A DNA stretch of 64,000 bases from Promethearchaeota archaeon (GTDB lineage Archaea; Asgardarchaeota; Lokiarchaeia; Sigyniarchaeales; SOKP01), in NCBI GenBank assembly GCA_048938005.1, contig JBHLMQ010000012.1, forward strand, positions 29,161 to 93,160. The letters are read 5' to 3'. Both the position numbers and the translations under genes were made by a program. Each line of letters begins with the position of its first letter. Position 1 is the stretch's first letter. Under the pieces are notes generated by a model. The model was given only the letters and a program-made list of their open reading frames with translations. It was not told the DNA's origin and ran no database searches. Positions 10,278-19,569 of this stretch are shown here, one piece after another.

Positions 10278-11348
10278 ATGAGAAAAATTATTACGTGTAT
10301 CGGAATTCGACCAGATATTATTCGTCTTTCCCAGATTATAAAAAAATTAGATTTCTATTTTGAGAACATCATTGTTGATAGTGGACAACATTATGATTAT
10401 AACTTAAATAAAATTTTTTATGATCAGCTCGGAGTTCGCATCCCTGAATACAATTTAAATATAAAAAGTGGTACTCATGCTTCTCAAGTGGCCAAATTAA
10501 TGATTGAGTTCGAAAATACTTTATTCAAGGAAAAACCATATTTTGTTGTAGTTTTAGGTGATAATAATAGTAGTTTGGGTTTTGCTTTAGCTACTTCTAA
10601 ATTAAATATTCCATTAGTCCATATCGAAGCCGGAATGCGAAGTAAAAACTGGTCAATGCCTGAAGAAAAAAATCGTGTTATCATTGATCATCTAGCAGAT
10701 TTGAATCTCTGTTATTTACCCGAACATAAAGAAAATTTATTAAAAGAAGGGATAAATCCTCGGCGATGTTGGGTAGTAGGGAATCCCATTATAGAAGTTG
10801 TTCATGCCGTAAAAACAGATTTTAAACAAGATTCTCCGTTTTATTTGGTGACTTGTCATCGTGCAGAAAATACTGAAAATGAGAAAAATCTAAGGACAAT
10901 CATAACTTTTCTTGGAGAGCTTTATAAAAAAAAAAATATTGAGATAAAGTATATTTTAATGCCTAAAACAAAGCATATGATGGAAAAATATGATTTAAAA
11001 TTTCCAGAGGGTGTTAATTCAATCCCCCCACAAGGATTTTTAGAATTTTTAGGAATGGAGAAAGAAGCAGAATTAGTGATTTCTGATAGTGGAACCGTTG
11101 TTGAAGAATGTGCTATTTTAGGAACTCCTTGCATGACAATACGGGAAAGTACTGAAAGAATAGATTTGATTGAACTTGGTGTAAATGTTCTAGCGGGTAT
11201 TGATATTAATCAGATGCTTGATTCAGCAGAATTAGCATTATCTCGCAAGATTGAACCAGTATCTCACTATGGCAAAAATATCTCAGATAAGATCTGTAAC
11301 ATATTAATAGGAAATTCTTTGAATTTCTATAAAAATCTTGAGAGATAA
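10278..11348 (+). CDS. wecB: UDP-N-acetylglucosamine 2-epimerase (non-hydrolysing; WecB/FnlC-like)
   Basis: GIRPDIIRL, SGQHYD, VLGDNN, HIEAGMRS, PEEKNR, SDSGTVVEE, RESTER. Confidence 0.9.
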   Translation: MRKIITCIGIRPDIIRLSQIIKKLDFYFENIIVDSGQHYDYNLNKIFYDQLGVRIPEYNLNIKSGTHASQVAKLMIEFENTLFKEKPYFVVVLGDNNSSLGFALATSKLNIPLVHIEAGMRSKNWSMPEEKNRVIIDHLADLNLCYLPEHKENLLKEGINPRRCWVVGNPIIEVVHAVKTDFKQDSPFYLVTCHRAENTENEKNLRTIITFLGELYKKKNIEIKYILMPKTKHMMEKYDLKFPEGVNSIPPQGFLEFLGMEKEAELVISDSGTVVEECAILGTPCMTIRESTERIDLIELGVNVLAGIDINQMLDSAELALSRKIEPVSHYGKNISDKICNILIGNSLNFYKNLER

Positions 11349-11374
11349 TTTCTTTAGAAATTATTGAATAATTG

Positions 11375-12271
11375 TTAGGATAAGTCCCTGTTTATTATAT
11401 AATTTTTAAGTTCTAAGATGACTGTTTTCATATCTTTTTTTTCTATGATTTTTTCTAGATTAGAATATTTTGTAGAAAGCGATCGATCTATTTTTTCTTC
11501 TGGTTTATTAACTCTATTGATTTTTAAGTTCTTTTCAAATATATCATTGAAGATATGCATTAATTGATATTTATTGACTGTATTGTTTGGTATGTAATGA
11601 TGTATGTAGGATATTTGTAATAATTGATTATAAATATTAGATGATATTATCTGTTCACATAATTGAGCGAATTGAAGTGTAGTTACCCCATTCCATATAT
11701 GGTGCTCAAAACCTCCGATAGTACCTCCTTTAGGTTGACTTAAAAACCATTCAAGTAAGAAATTTGTTCCTTTTTTGAATTCAGGACCAATTATAGAGCA
11801 TCTTATTATTAACATTGAACCATCAAATACTTCACCAAGACTTTTTGATTTCCCATAAACATCTAACGGATCATGTGGATCGGTTTCAATATATTTACCT
11901 CTTTTACCAGAATATACACAATCGGTACCAATCTGAATTAATTTAATATTATGTTTTTTAGCATAACTAGCTAATTTCCATGGAAAATCTGAATTTATAA
12001 GGATTGCTCTTTTAACTCCTTCAGGATCATCATCTTTGGAGAAAGGTTTAGTAATCCCTATACAATTAATAATGTAATCTAATTTTAGATCAAGAAATTG
12101 TTGGTCTTCTAACTGAGAAATTTCATAAGCATCAAAAAGAAACATTTTATCTTTTAAAAAATTAGAATTTCTCACAGTTCCATAAACTTTAAAATTAGGA
12201 TTTTTCGAAAGGTAATCAAAAACCATTGAACCTAACATTCCGCTAACACCTAGAACTAAAATGCCTGTAAT
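11375..12271 (-). CDS. RmlD-like NDP-4-keto-sugar reductase (extended SDR), predicted ATT start
   Basis: TDCVYSG and DVYGKSK motifs. The Rossmann motif ILVLGVSGMLG begins upstream of the first ATG (12238); in-frame TAA at 12287-12289; GAGGT lies 7 nt before ATT at 12271. Confidence 0.85.
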   Translation of the reverse strand: MTGILVLGVSGMLGSMVFDYLSKNPNFKVYGTVRNSNFLKDKMFLFDAYEISQLEDQQFLDLKLDYIINCIGITKPFSKDDDPEGVKRAILINSDFPWKLASYAKKHNIKLIQIGTDCVYSGKRGKYIETDPHDPLDVYGKSKSLGEVFDGSMLIIRCSIIGPEFKKGTNFLLEWFLSQPKGGTIGGFEHHIWNGVTTLQFAQLCEQIISSNIYNQLLQISYIHHYIPNNTVNKYQLMHIFNDIFEKNLKINRVNKPEEKIDRSLSTKYSNLEKIIEKKDMKTVILELKNYIINRDLS

Positions 12272-12301
12272 TCTGATTACCTCTCTTTACTTATTGAAAT
12301 A

Positions 12302-13744
12302 TTAACGATTTTCTACATCCCATATTTCTTTTCCCCAGTAATCTGCAGGAAAGCGGTAGTCATCTCCCTTACTTTCTTCGAGAGAACTTGTAGAAAAGAA
12401 AATAATGCGTGTATCTTCTTCTAATGACCTAAATCCATTAGCATAATTAGGTGGTATAAATAAAACTTGTGGATGTCTATCAGACAAAATATAACGATTA
12501 ACCTCTTGATTTTTTGAAGGTGATTTAATATCTTCAAGTTTTACGGCAGCAACAATAGCGGAACCTTTTGAAACATAGATATATTTAGCTTCATTCATGT
12601 GTCCATGAAATGCGCGAATAGTTGAGGTTGAAAAATTATGAACTTGGTAGAAGCGTTTAACACCATAAAAAGTGAAATCATTAGCAAAATTTAAACTGCC
12701 TCTATCATCAACAGCAATTCCTCCCTCAATTAATTGTAATTCTTTTCTGCCGATAGTCTGTGTTATTTTTACTCTTTCAGCTAATTTTAGATTAGAATAT
12801 ATTCCTTTATGAAAATTCAATATAGTTGGAGATTTAATAATTTCTCTTACTGCATCTTCAATATTATACTTAAATTCGAAGCCAGTATTCATTAATTTAC
12901 TGCTATCTACCATATAGCTTCTCTTATCTACAATATTCTTATCTATTTCAATTTCACAACTCGTAATTTCCTTTACAATTTCACCTAATCGTAATAAACT
13001 TAGATTTTCACCCCTTACATTGTAAACTCCAAGTAAATTATTTTTAATAACATGCACTATAGCTCGAGCTATATCACGAATATGAACAAATGGGCGTTCT
13101 TGTTCACCACCAAAAATAGTTATTTTATTAAATTTTACAGCCCTCGCTGCAAAGGTATTTACAACTAAATCATAACGCATTCTTGGACTTAGTCCATAAG
13201 CTGTACCTAACCTTAGAATACAATGATTATCACCACATATCTCTCTTATAAGACGTTCTTGAGTATATTTAGTTTGACCATAAAAATCAATAGGAAATCC
13301 CTCATCTTCTTCCTTTACAATAACATTTGGTTCACTCCCATAAATACTGCATGTGCTAATATGGACAACAAATTTTTTCATCTTCTTACATATATCAGCA
13401 ATATTTCTCGCACCTATGCAGTTTATATCAATAGCTAAATTAGTGTCTATTAAGCAAGCAGGATCGCCAACAATTGCCGCTAGATTTACTACAATATCAT
13501 AATTCTTAACAATGCTCTCAATTTGATCTTTATTTCGTACATCTGCTTCAATAAATGGATTTGGAGGGTGAAGATCTCGATAAAGATGATTATCTAAAAT
13601 TTCAACTTCCCATCCCTCTTGTTTCATAATATCGTATAAAACACTTCCAATATATCCAAGTCCACCCAAAATCAAAACTTTATTTGGCATAGTTCTTTCT
13701 ATTTGGTTTTTATTCAAGAGATTTTTCTCTAAATCATATTTCAC
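12302..13744 (-). CDS. Fusion of an NAD-dependent epimerase/dehydratase and a C-terminal RmlC/WxcM-like cupin
   Basis: N-domain GGLGYIGS, LAAIVGDPAC, YGQTK, RLGTAYG; C-domain DDRGSL, RAFHGH, LFIPPNYANGF; alternative start ATG at 13690. Confidence 0.88.
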   Translation of the reverse strand: MKYDLEKNLLNKNQIERTMPNKVLILGGLGYIGSVLYDIMKQEGWEVEILDNHLYRDLHPPNPFIEADVRNKDQIESIVKNYDIVVNLAAIVGDPACLIDTNLAIDINCIGARNIADICKKMKKFVVHISTCSIYGSEPNVIVKEEDEGFPIDFYGQTKYTQERLIREICGDNHCILRLGTAYGLSPRMRYDLVVNTFAARAVKFNKITIFGGEQERPFVHIRDIARAIVHVIKNNLLGVYNVRGENLSLLRLGEIVKEITSCEIEIDKNIVDKRSYMVDSSKLMNTGFEFKYNIEDAVREIIKSPTILNFHKGIYSNLKLAERVKITQTIGRKELQLIEGGIAVDDRGSLNFANDFTFYGVKRFYQVHNFSTSTIRAFHGHMNEAKYIYVSKGSAIVAAVKLEDIKSPSKNQEVNRYILSDRHPQVLFIPPNYANGFRSLEEDTRIIFFSTSSLEESKGDDYRFPADYWGKEIWDVENR

Positions 13745-14057
13745 TATTTATTACTAATGTAAATTTAACTAATAATAAAAATTAATTTAATTTTCGTCAT
13801 TTATGAAAGTTTTAGAATTCTCTTATCAAAATATAAAATAACTGAAATAGTAAATTCAGAATAATAATTTACTCCCTGATATTACATTTGAATAATTAAG
13901 TTTTTAATTAAGAATCTCAGATTTTTTAATCCGAATAGCTTTTTTTCTCATTTATTATATCAAATTTTATATTTATTGCAAATATTTTTAATATTATACG
14001 AAAAATTTTGAGTATTTTTTAAGATTTTAAAATAAATCTACTGATAAGAGTTATTTG

Positions 14058-15272
14058 ATGAATATTCTTGTTCTCCAAGAAACAGATTGGCTTACTCGAG
14101 GGCCAAATACACAACATCACATTTTCGAGAGAATTTCAAAAAATCCTAATATTAAAGTTACTGTATTTGATTATGATATTGATAAAACAATGCGTTCTAA
14201 ATCAATTTTCATAAAAAAGCAGATTTTTACTAATATTCATCGGGCAGTGGAACATTCAAACGTACAAATTTTTCGAACAGCTCACATACAAGTTCCTTAT
14301 CTTAGAAGAATATCTTCTTTAATAACAAATTTTTTTGAAATGCTTAACTTAATAAGAAAAAATCACCCTGATGTTATTATAGGATTCTCCTTGACTAATG
14401 GAACAATTGGTTTACTTTTATCTAAATTATTTAGAATTCCTTTTGTATTCTATTATATAGATAAGTTACATACATTAGTACCTATTCAATATGTTAGAAA
14501 AATTGCTATGATTCTTTCAAGGTTTTTATTTAAATATTCAGATAAGGTTATTGTTGTGACAAAGTCTCTTCAAAAATATATTCTAAATGAGGGAATTAAA
14601 CCAGAAAAGGTTAAAATTCTTTTAAATGGAATCTCTTTAGAAAATACACTAGTAAATGAGATAAAACTTAAAAAATTGAAAGTAAAATATTCAATAAAAG
14701 AAAATAATTTTGTTTTATTTTTTATGGGATATTTATATGATTTTGCTGGATTAAAGGAAATTATTGATTATTATAACACAGATGTCAAAAATGGTAAATT
14801 AAAATTTAGATTTATAATAATAGGGGATGGTGGAATATTTAACAATTTAGTCAAATATGTTGAAGAAATTAAGGCAGATTGGGTAGTTCTTACAGGTAGA
14901 ATTCCATTTTTTGAAATCACTGAATATATTGAATTAGCTGACCTATGCCTCATGAGTTTTGCTTTAAATAATGTTACGAGAGAAATAACTCCAGTCAAAA
15001 TCATGGAATATATGGCAATGAAAAAACCAGTTTTATCTAATAGTTTACCAGGGGTTATACGTGAGATCGGAAAAAATAGTGGAGTAATTTTTGCTAAAAA
15101 TCAAGGTGAGCTTATAAAGAAAATTGAATCATTATCCTATAATAAGGAAAGTTTAAAGGAAATTGGACAGAAAGGTTTTAGCTTAATCAAAAAATCTTAT
15201 GTTTGGCCAAAGATCTTAAAAGATTTTAAAAGAATTTTATTGAATGTAATAAAAAATAAACGTAAAGAGTAA
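14058..15272 (+). CDS. GT4 (GT-B) glycosyltransferase
   Basis: FMGYLYDFAGL, IIGDG, PVKIMEYMAMKKPVL. Confidence 0.9.
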   Translation: MNILVLQETDWLTRGPNTQHHIFERISKNPNIKVTVFDYDIDKTMRSKSIFIKKQIFTNIHRAVEHSNVQIFRTAHIQVPYLRRISSLITNFFEMLNLIRKNHPDVIIGFSLTNGTIGLLLSKLFRIPFVFYYIDKLHTLVPIQYVRKIAMILSRFLFKYSDKVIVVTKSLQKYILNEGIKPEKVKILLNGISLENTLVNEIKLKKLKVKYSIKENNFVLFFMGYLYDFAGLKEIIDYYNTDVKNGKLKFRFIIIGDGGIFNNLVKYVEEIKADWVVLTGRIPFFEITEYIELADLCLMSFALNNVTREITPVKIMEYMAMKKPVLSNSLPGVIREIGKNSGVIFAKNQGELIKKIESLSYNKESLKEIGQKGFSLIKKSYVWPKILKDFKRILLNVIKNKRKE

Positions 15273-15289
15273 TCTGGGTATAAATATTC

Positions 15290-16069
15290 ATGAATAAAAA
15301 TATAAATTATGAAGATCAAAAAAGAAGAGAATTAGAATGGTGGGAGCATAGAAAAAAAGGAAAAGTTTCAATTAGTAAATTCTTTAGTTCAAGACTTTTT
15401 TATGATCCTTTAAGGAGTGGTTTTAGTTATATTCTTTCTAAAAAAAGGTTGAAAAATATTGTTCAACAACATTTGAAAAGTGATAAACTTAAGAAAATAT
15501 TAATAGCTCCCTGTGGTGAAGGAGACGACTATAAATATCTAAAAGATTTTTCTCATGAAATTTATGGAATTGATCTCTCCTCTATTTGTATTAAAAACTG
15601 TCCAGCTAAAATGATTACTAAAACAGGTGATATCTTAAGATCTGGTTATTCGGATGAAACTTTTGATCTTATAGCAAGTACTTTATTCTTCCACCACCTA
15701 ATAAAAATTGGATTTCAACCTTTTTTAAAAGAATTTTATAGAATTTTGAAACCAGGTGGAAAAATTGTAATTTTAGATTTTTCTGTTTTTTATCCTTTAA
15801 ATGCAATTACTAGACCTTTAAAAACAATTTTTCGAAATCCTTTTGGGGAAATAGAAGAGGAGGGCCCTTTTCGTCCAAAATATATGATTAACTCCTTAAG
15901 TCAAGTAGGATTTAAAAATCTAGAGTTGTATGGTGGAACTTTTAGTCATTGTTCTTTTTACGTTCCTTTAGCTAAATTAATTCACTTTATTACAACACCT
16001 TTATTAAATAGGTGGCCGTTTAAATTATTTACATGGACAGTAATTTTTTGGGCGCAAAAGCCAATGTAA
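15290..16069 (+). CDS. Class I SAM-dependent methyltransferase
   Basis: ILIAPCGEG, GIDLS, DETFDLI, FHH, EFYRILKPGG. Confidence 0.9.
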   Translation: MNKNINYEDQKRRELEWWEHRKKGKVSISKFFSSRLFYDPLRSGFSYILSKKRLKNIVQQHLKSDKLKKILIAPCGEGDDYKYLKDFSHEIYGIDLSSICIKNCPAKMITKTGDILRSGYSDETFDLIASTLFFHHLIKIGFQPFLKEFYRILKPGGKIVILDFSVFYPLNAITRPLKTIFRNPFGEIEEEGPFRPKYMINSLSQVGFKNLELYGGTFSHCSFYVPLAKLIHFITTPLLNRWPFKLFTWTVIFWAQKPM

Positions 16070-16166
16070 TTAGGGAATTTTTTAATAATCCTTTTACTGA
16101 AAACAACCTGTTTACTTATAATTAATTATATAAATTATGTAATTTTGCTAAATAATAGAAATAAGT

Positions 16167-17309
16167 ATGAAAAAGAATAGTGCTAAACAAAGAGTAATTT
16201 TTTGTACATTTTCGGATTTCGAAGCTGGAAATCAAGGAGATTCTGTAAATGATAGAAAGTTATTTAGGGCAATCCCTTCAGCTTATGAGAAAATTGCTCT
16301 TTATCCTAAATATAAGGAAGTTAATAAAATAGAAATAAAATCTCTGTTCAAATATTTTATAAAATATCTCAATGAAATTGTATCCTCAAATAGGATTTTT
16401 ATTACTCGAGCACCAAAATTAGCTCTTTTTCCAATTATATTGAAAAAACTCTTCAATAATAAAGTCATTATACGAATGGGATGTACACCTGTAGTTTTTA
16501 TTGAAAGAAGAGCATTTGCACGAAATCCAGAATTTCAATATAGTAAAAATTTATTCAAAAGACTTTTCTATTTTCTCGAACCCCATCTAGAGTTGTATGC
16601 CATCCGTCACGCTGATAGATTTATTATAGAAAATGAACGGGCAAAAAATATGGCCATCTTTTATGGTGCTGATCTTGAGAAAATCAAAATTATTCCATAT
16701 TTTGTTCAAGATTATTTCCTTAAAACTATCACTCTTAATTTTGAAAAAAAAAAAGACATTTTTAAAATAGGTTATACTGGAAGGTTTAGTCTATATGATT
16801 TATTAAATCCCGTCATTGATGCAGTTTATTTACTAAAGGAACAAGGATATAAAATTAAATTATTTTTAATAGGTGATGGAATTACAAGAAAAAGTATGGA
16901 AAATTATGTAAAAACAAGGGATTTAGAAGAAAACATTATATTTTTAGGCTCAAAACCTCATAGAGAAGTTTCAGATTTAATAAATCAATATCATTGTCTC
17001 GTTTTGCCAATGTTAAATAATATTTGCCCTTCAGCAGTAGCAATTAAAATATTAGAAGGTGTGATGAAAGGAAAAATTATTATTACAACTGAGAGTGGTA
17101 ATAATGTCTCATTATTTTTAGGGAACAACGATTTAATCTTAAAAGAGTGCACAAGTAATTTAATAGCTGAAAAAATAAAACTAGTTTATGAGAACTATGA
17201 TAAATATAAAGATATTTCAATAAATATTAGCAAATATCATAGGAAAAATCGTTCAAAACAGATTTATAGAGAAAAAATTAAAGCTTTATTAAATGAATTA
17301 TCTTTTTGA
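16167..17309 (+). CDS. GT4 (GT-B) glycosyltransferase
   Basis: IGYTGRF, LIGDG, FLGSKPH, IKILEGVMKGKIII. Confidence 0.85.
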   Translation: MKKNSAKQRVIFCTFSDFEAGNQGDSVNDRKLFRAIPSAYEKIALYPKYKEVNKIEIKSLFKYFIKYLNEIVSSNRIFITRAPKLALFPIILKKLFNNKVIIRMGCTPVVFIERRAFARNPEFQYSKNLFKRLFYFLEPHLELYAIRHADRFIIENERAKNMAIFYGADLEKIKIIPYFVQDYFLKTITLNFEKKKDIFKIGYTGRFSLYDLLNPVIDAVYLLKEQGYKIKLFLIGDGITRKSMENYVKTRDLEENIIFLGSKPHREVSDLINQYHCLVLPMLNNICPSAVAIKILEGVMKGKIIITTESGNNVSLFLGNNDLILKECTSNLIAEKIKLVYENYDKYKDISINISKYHRKNRSKQIYREKIKALLNELSF

Positions 17310-17590
17310 AGATAAAGATCATGAATATCTACTAGAATTAAATCCTAGCTTCTTAATAATAGATAATCAATTAATTTATCCATCTTAGCACAATTTAGAT
17401 GGTTCTAATATATTAAAGAATTTGCAGTTATTTATAATATAAAATATTAAAACAATTTTTTTGGCAATCTTAAAAAACAACTAAATAAATCTGCAAACTA
17501 TTTTATTTTTAGGATGTTTTATAAATATTTTTAAGTAGAAAGTCTATTTTTTATTATAGATAGAAAAAACAAAAATACAACCGTGAAATA

Positions 17591-19264
17591 ATGGATAAAC
17601 AGAGAATTTTGAAAGAAGCTCAACGTATTGCTAAGGAATTTTCTTTTTGGATGGTTTCGGGAAATATATCTCATTTATATGGTTATATATATGAAACTCC
17701 GGAAAAAAAATATGAATTGGAAATCAAGTTTGATGAAAATTTTCCGAATAGTCCCCCTCAAATGATTTATAATAATGAGATTAAAGAATTATTAGGAAAT
17801 TTTCAGTTAAATAATCTTATTAATTGGACACCTGAGTCTAGCGTAGTTAATATTATTTATGAGCTTAAAACAAAAATTGAAGATGTTTTGAAATCACTTA
17901 AAGAAATAACAGAAAAAAGATTAATTCCAATTGAAGAAGAACACACTATTGATAGTACTTCCAAAAGTGAAGAATATATTACACCTGATCTAAATGTTTA
18001 CCCACCAGATTTTCAATATGATGAATATATTACTACTTCAGCTTCTCCTGATGATTTATTTTATAGCGAACAGCCATTTATGAGCCCATCAAGTGATTTT
18101 GATTCATCTCTTATCGACAAATCTGAAAATGAATCCAAAATATCAATTCAAGAAAATATTATAGAGGAGAATAACCAATTAAGTGTTTTAATTAATACTG
18201 AATTAGGTTTAATTCAACAAGAATATGCTTATGATCAACTAGGATCCAAGAGAGCAGATATTAATGTTTATATTACAATAACTCTTACAAAAACATTTAT
18301 AATTTCAATAAATTTCATGAGTTACCCTAAACGACCAATTATAACCTTTCCTGATGAGTTGAACAAAATATTAAGGGATCCTTACAAAACCTTGAGCACT
18401 TTGAGAGAATGGAATTCTAAAACACCATTACACATTGTAGATATCATCCATGAATTAGAGAAAAAATTATTTTTTATTAGAGAAATAGAACTTCAATCTA
18501 AAAAAATTTCAGGCGAATATCAATGTGAAAAAGTTCCTGCTAGTATCACAGCACTACAAGTTCATTTATTAACTTATGGTTTTAAGAAATATAATATGAG
18601 TATTGATCTTGAGTCTTATCCAAATCCCCCTATTCTTGATTTATCCTCTGAATTGGAGGAAATTATCCAGATCCCCATTACAGAATTAAACGCCTATAAA
18701 AATTGGATAGAAAAAGAATCTGAACCAGTCGAAATTATAAGAGAAATTTCTTGGTTAGTTGATAAGAATTCGAGAATTAATTTTGAAATTGATTTATTAA
18801 AAGACCATTATCAAAATATAAAATATGAACCATCAACAGCAACTATAAATATAGAAATGAAAGGTAAAATGAAAACTGAAGATTTAACGTTTGAATTTCA
18901 AATTAATTTACCTATTGAATATCCAATGAAAATGCCCGAAGTTAAAGTTATAAACGAATTTGAACTTGAAGCTCATGAGAAAATAAAAAATAACTTACAT
19001 GCCTCATTTAATGACTTTTTTAATGAATGGACACCATTTAGTTATCTTGTAGATTTATTTAATTTAATTTCTAAGAAAATTTTTGAAGTATCAGTAGTAT
19101 CGTGTGTCATCTGCCACAAAATTGAATGTCCAAGTTGTACTAAAAAAATTGCAGGTGAAGATAATTGTCATTCAGAATGTCCCCATTGTAATAGAGTATA
19201 TCATAAACATTGTTGGGAACAAACTATTAAATCATTTGGTAAATGTGGTTTCTGCTTAAGATAG
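17591..19264 (+). CDS. Tandem UBC-like (UEV/RWD) domain protein with C-terminal C4HC3 RING finger; candidate E3 ubiquitin ligase
   Basis: Four units with (F/Y)PxxP turns (NFPNSPP, SYPKRP, SYPNPP, EYPMKMP), each followed by a W-led helix (NWTPESSVVNII, EWNSKTPLHIVDII, NWIEKESEPVEII, EWTPFSYLVDLF); C-terminal CVIC...CPHC-x4-H-x2-C...CGFC. Confidence 0.75.
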   Translation: MDKQRILKEAQRIAKEFSFWMVSGNISHLYGYIYETPEKKYELEIKFDENFPNSPPQMIYNNEIKELLGNFQLNNLINWTPESSVVNIIYELKTKIEDVLKSLKEITEKRLIPIEEEHTIDSTSKSEEYITPDLNVYPPDFQYDEYITTSASPDDLFYSEQPFMSPSSDFDSSLIDKSENESKISIQENIIEENNQLSVLINTELGLIQQEYAYDQLGSKRADINVYITITLTKTFIISINFMSYPKRPIITFPDELNKILRDPYKTLSTLREWNSKTPLHIVDIIHELEKKLFFIREIELQSKKISGEYQCEKVPASITALQVHLLTYGFKKYNMSIDLESYPNPPILDLSSELEEIIQIPITELNAYKNWIEKESEPVEIIREISWLVDKNSRINFEIDLLKDHYQNIKYEPSTATINIEMKGKMKTEDLTFEFQINLPIEYPMKMPEVKVINEFELEAHEKIKNNLHASFNDFFNEWTPFSYLVDLFNLISKKIFEVSVVSCVICHKIECPSCTKKIAGEDNCHSECPHCNRVYHKHCWEQTIKSFGKCGFCLR

Positions 19265-19569
19265 ATTTGAACTTCTATATACCTTTCATAAATCAATACT
19301 ATTAGATATTTTAACTTTAAATAAAAAGTTTTCAACAATTACTTTTTTATTTTAACATTGTTCAGCTTTTAAAAACCTTAAAATAATTAAAAATGGATTT
19401 TGTTCAAGGCTTTTCTAGCTTGAAATAATGCCCAATTTAAAGATTGAACCTCAATTTGAATGATTTTATGTTGTTGTTAAATTGAAAATTCACATATATA
19501 AGTTTTTAGGTGAATTAATTAAATTTTTTAATCTGAACTTCTTATTATAAACATTCATAATTTTACGAG

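Noticed and set aside
17591-19264. Annotation as an active E2 conjugating enzyme
   Set aside because: No HPN motif or correctly placed catalytic Cys in any unit
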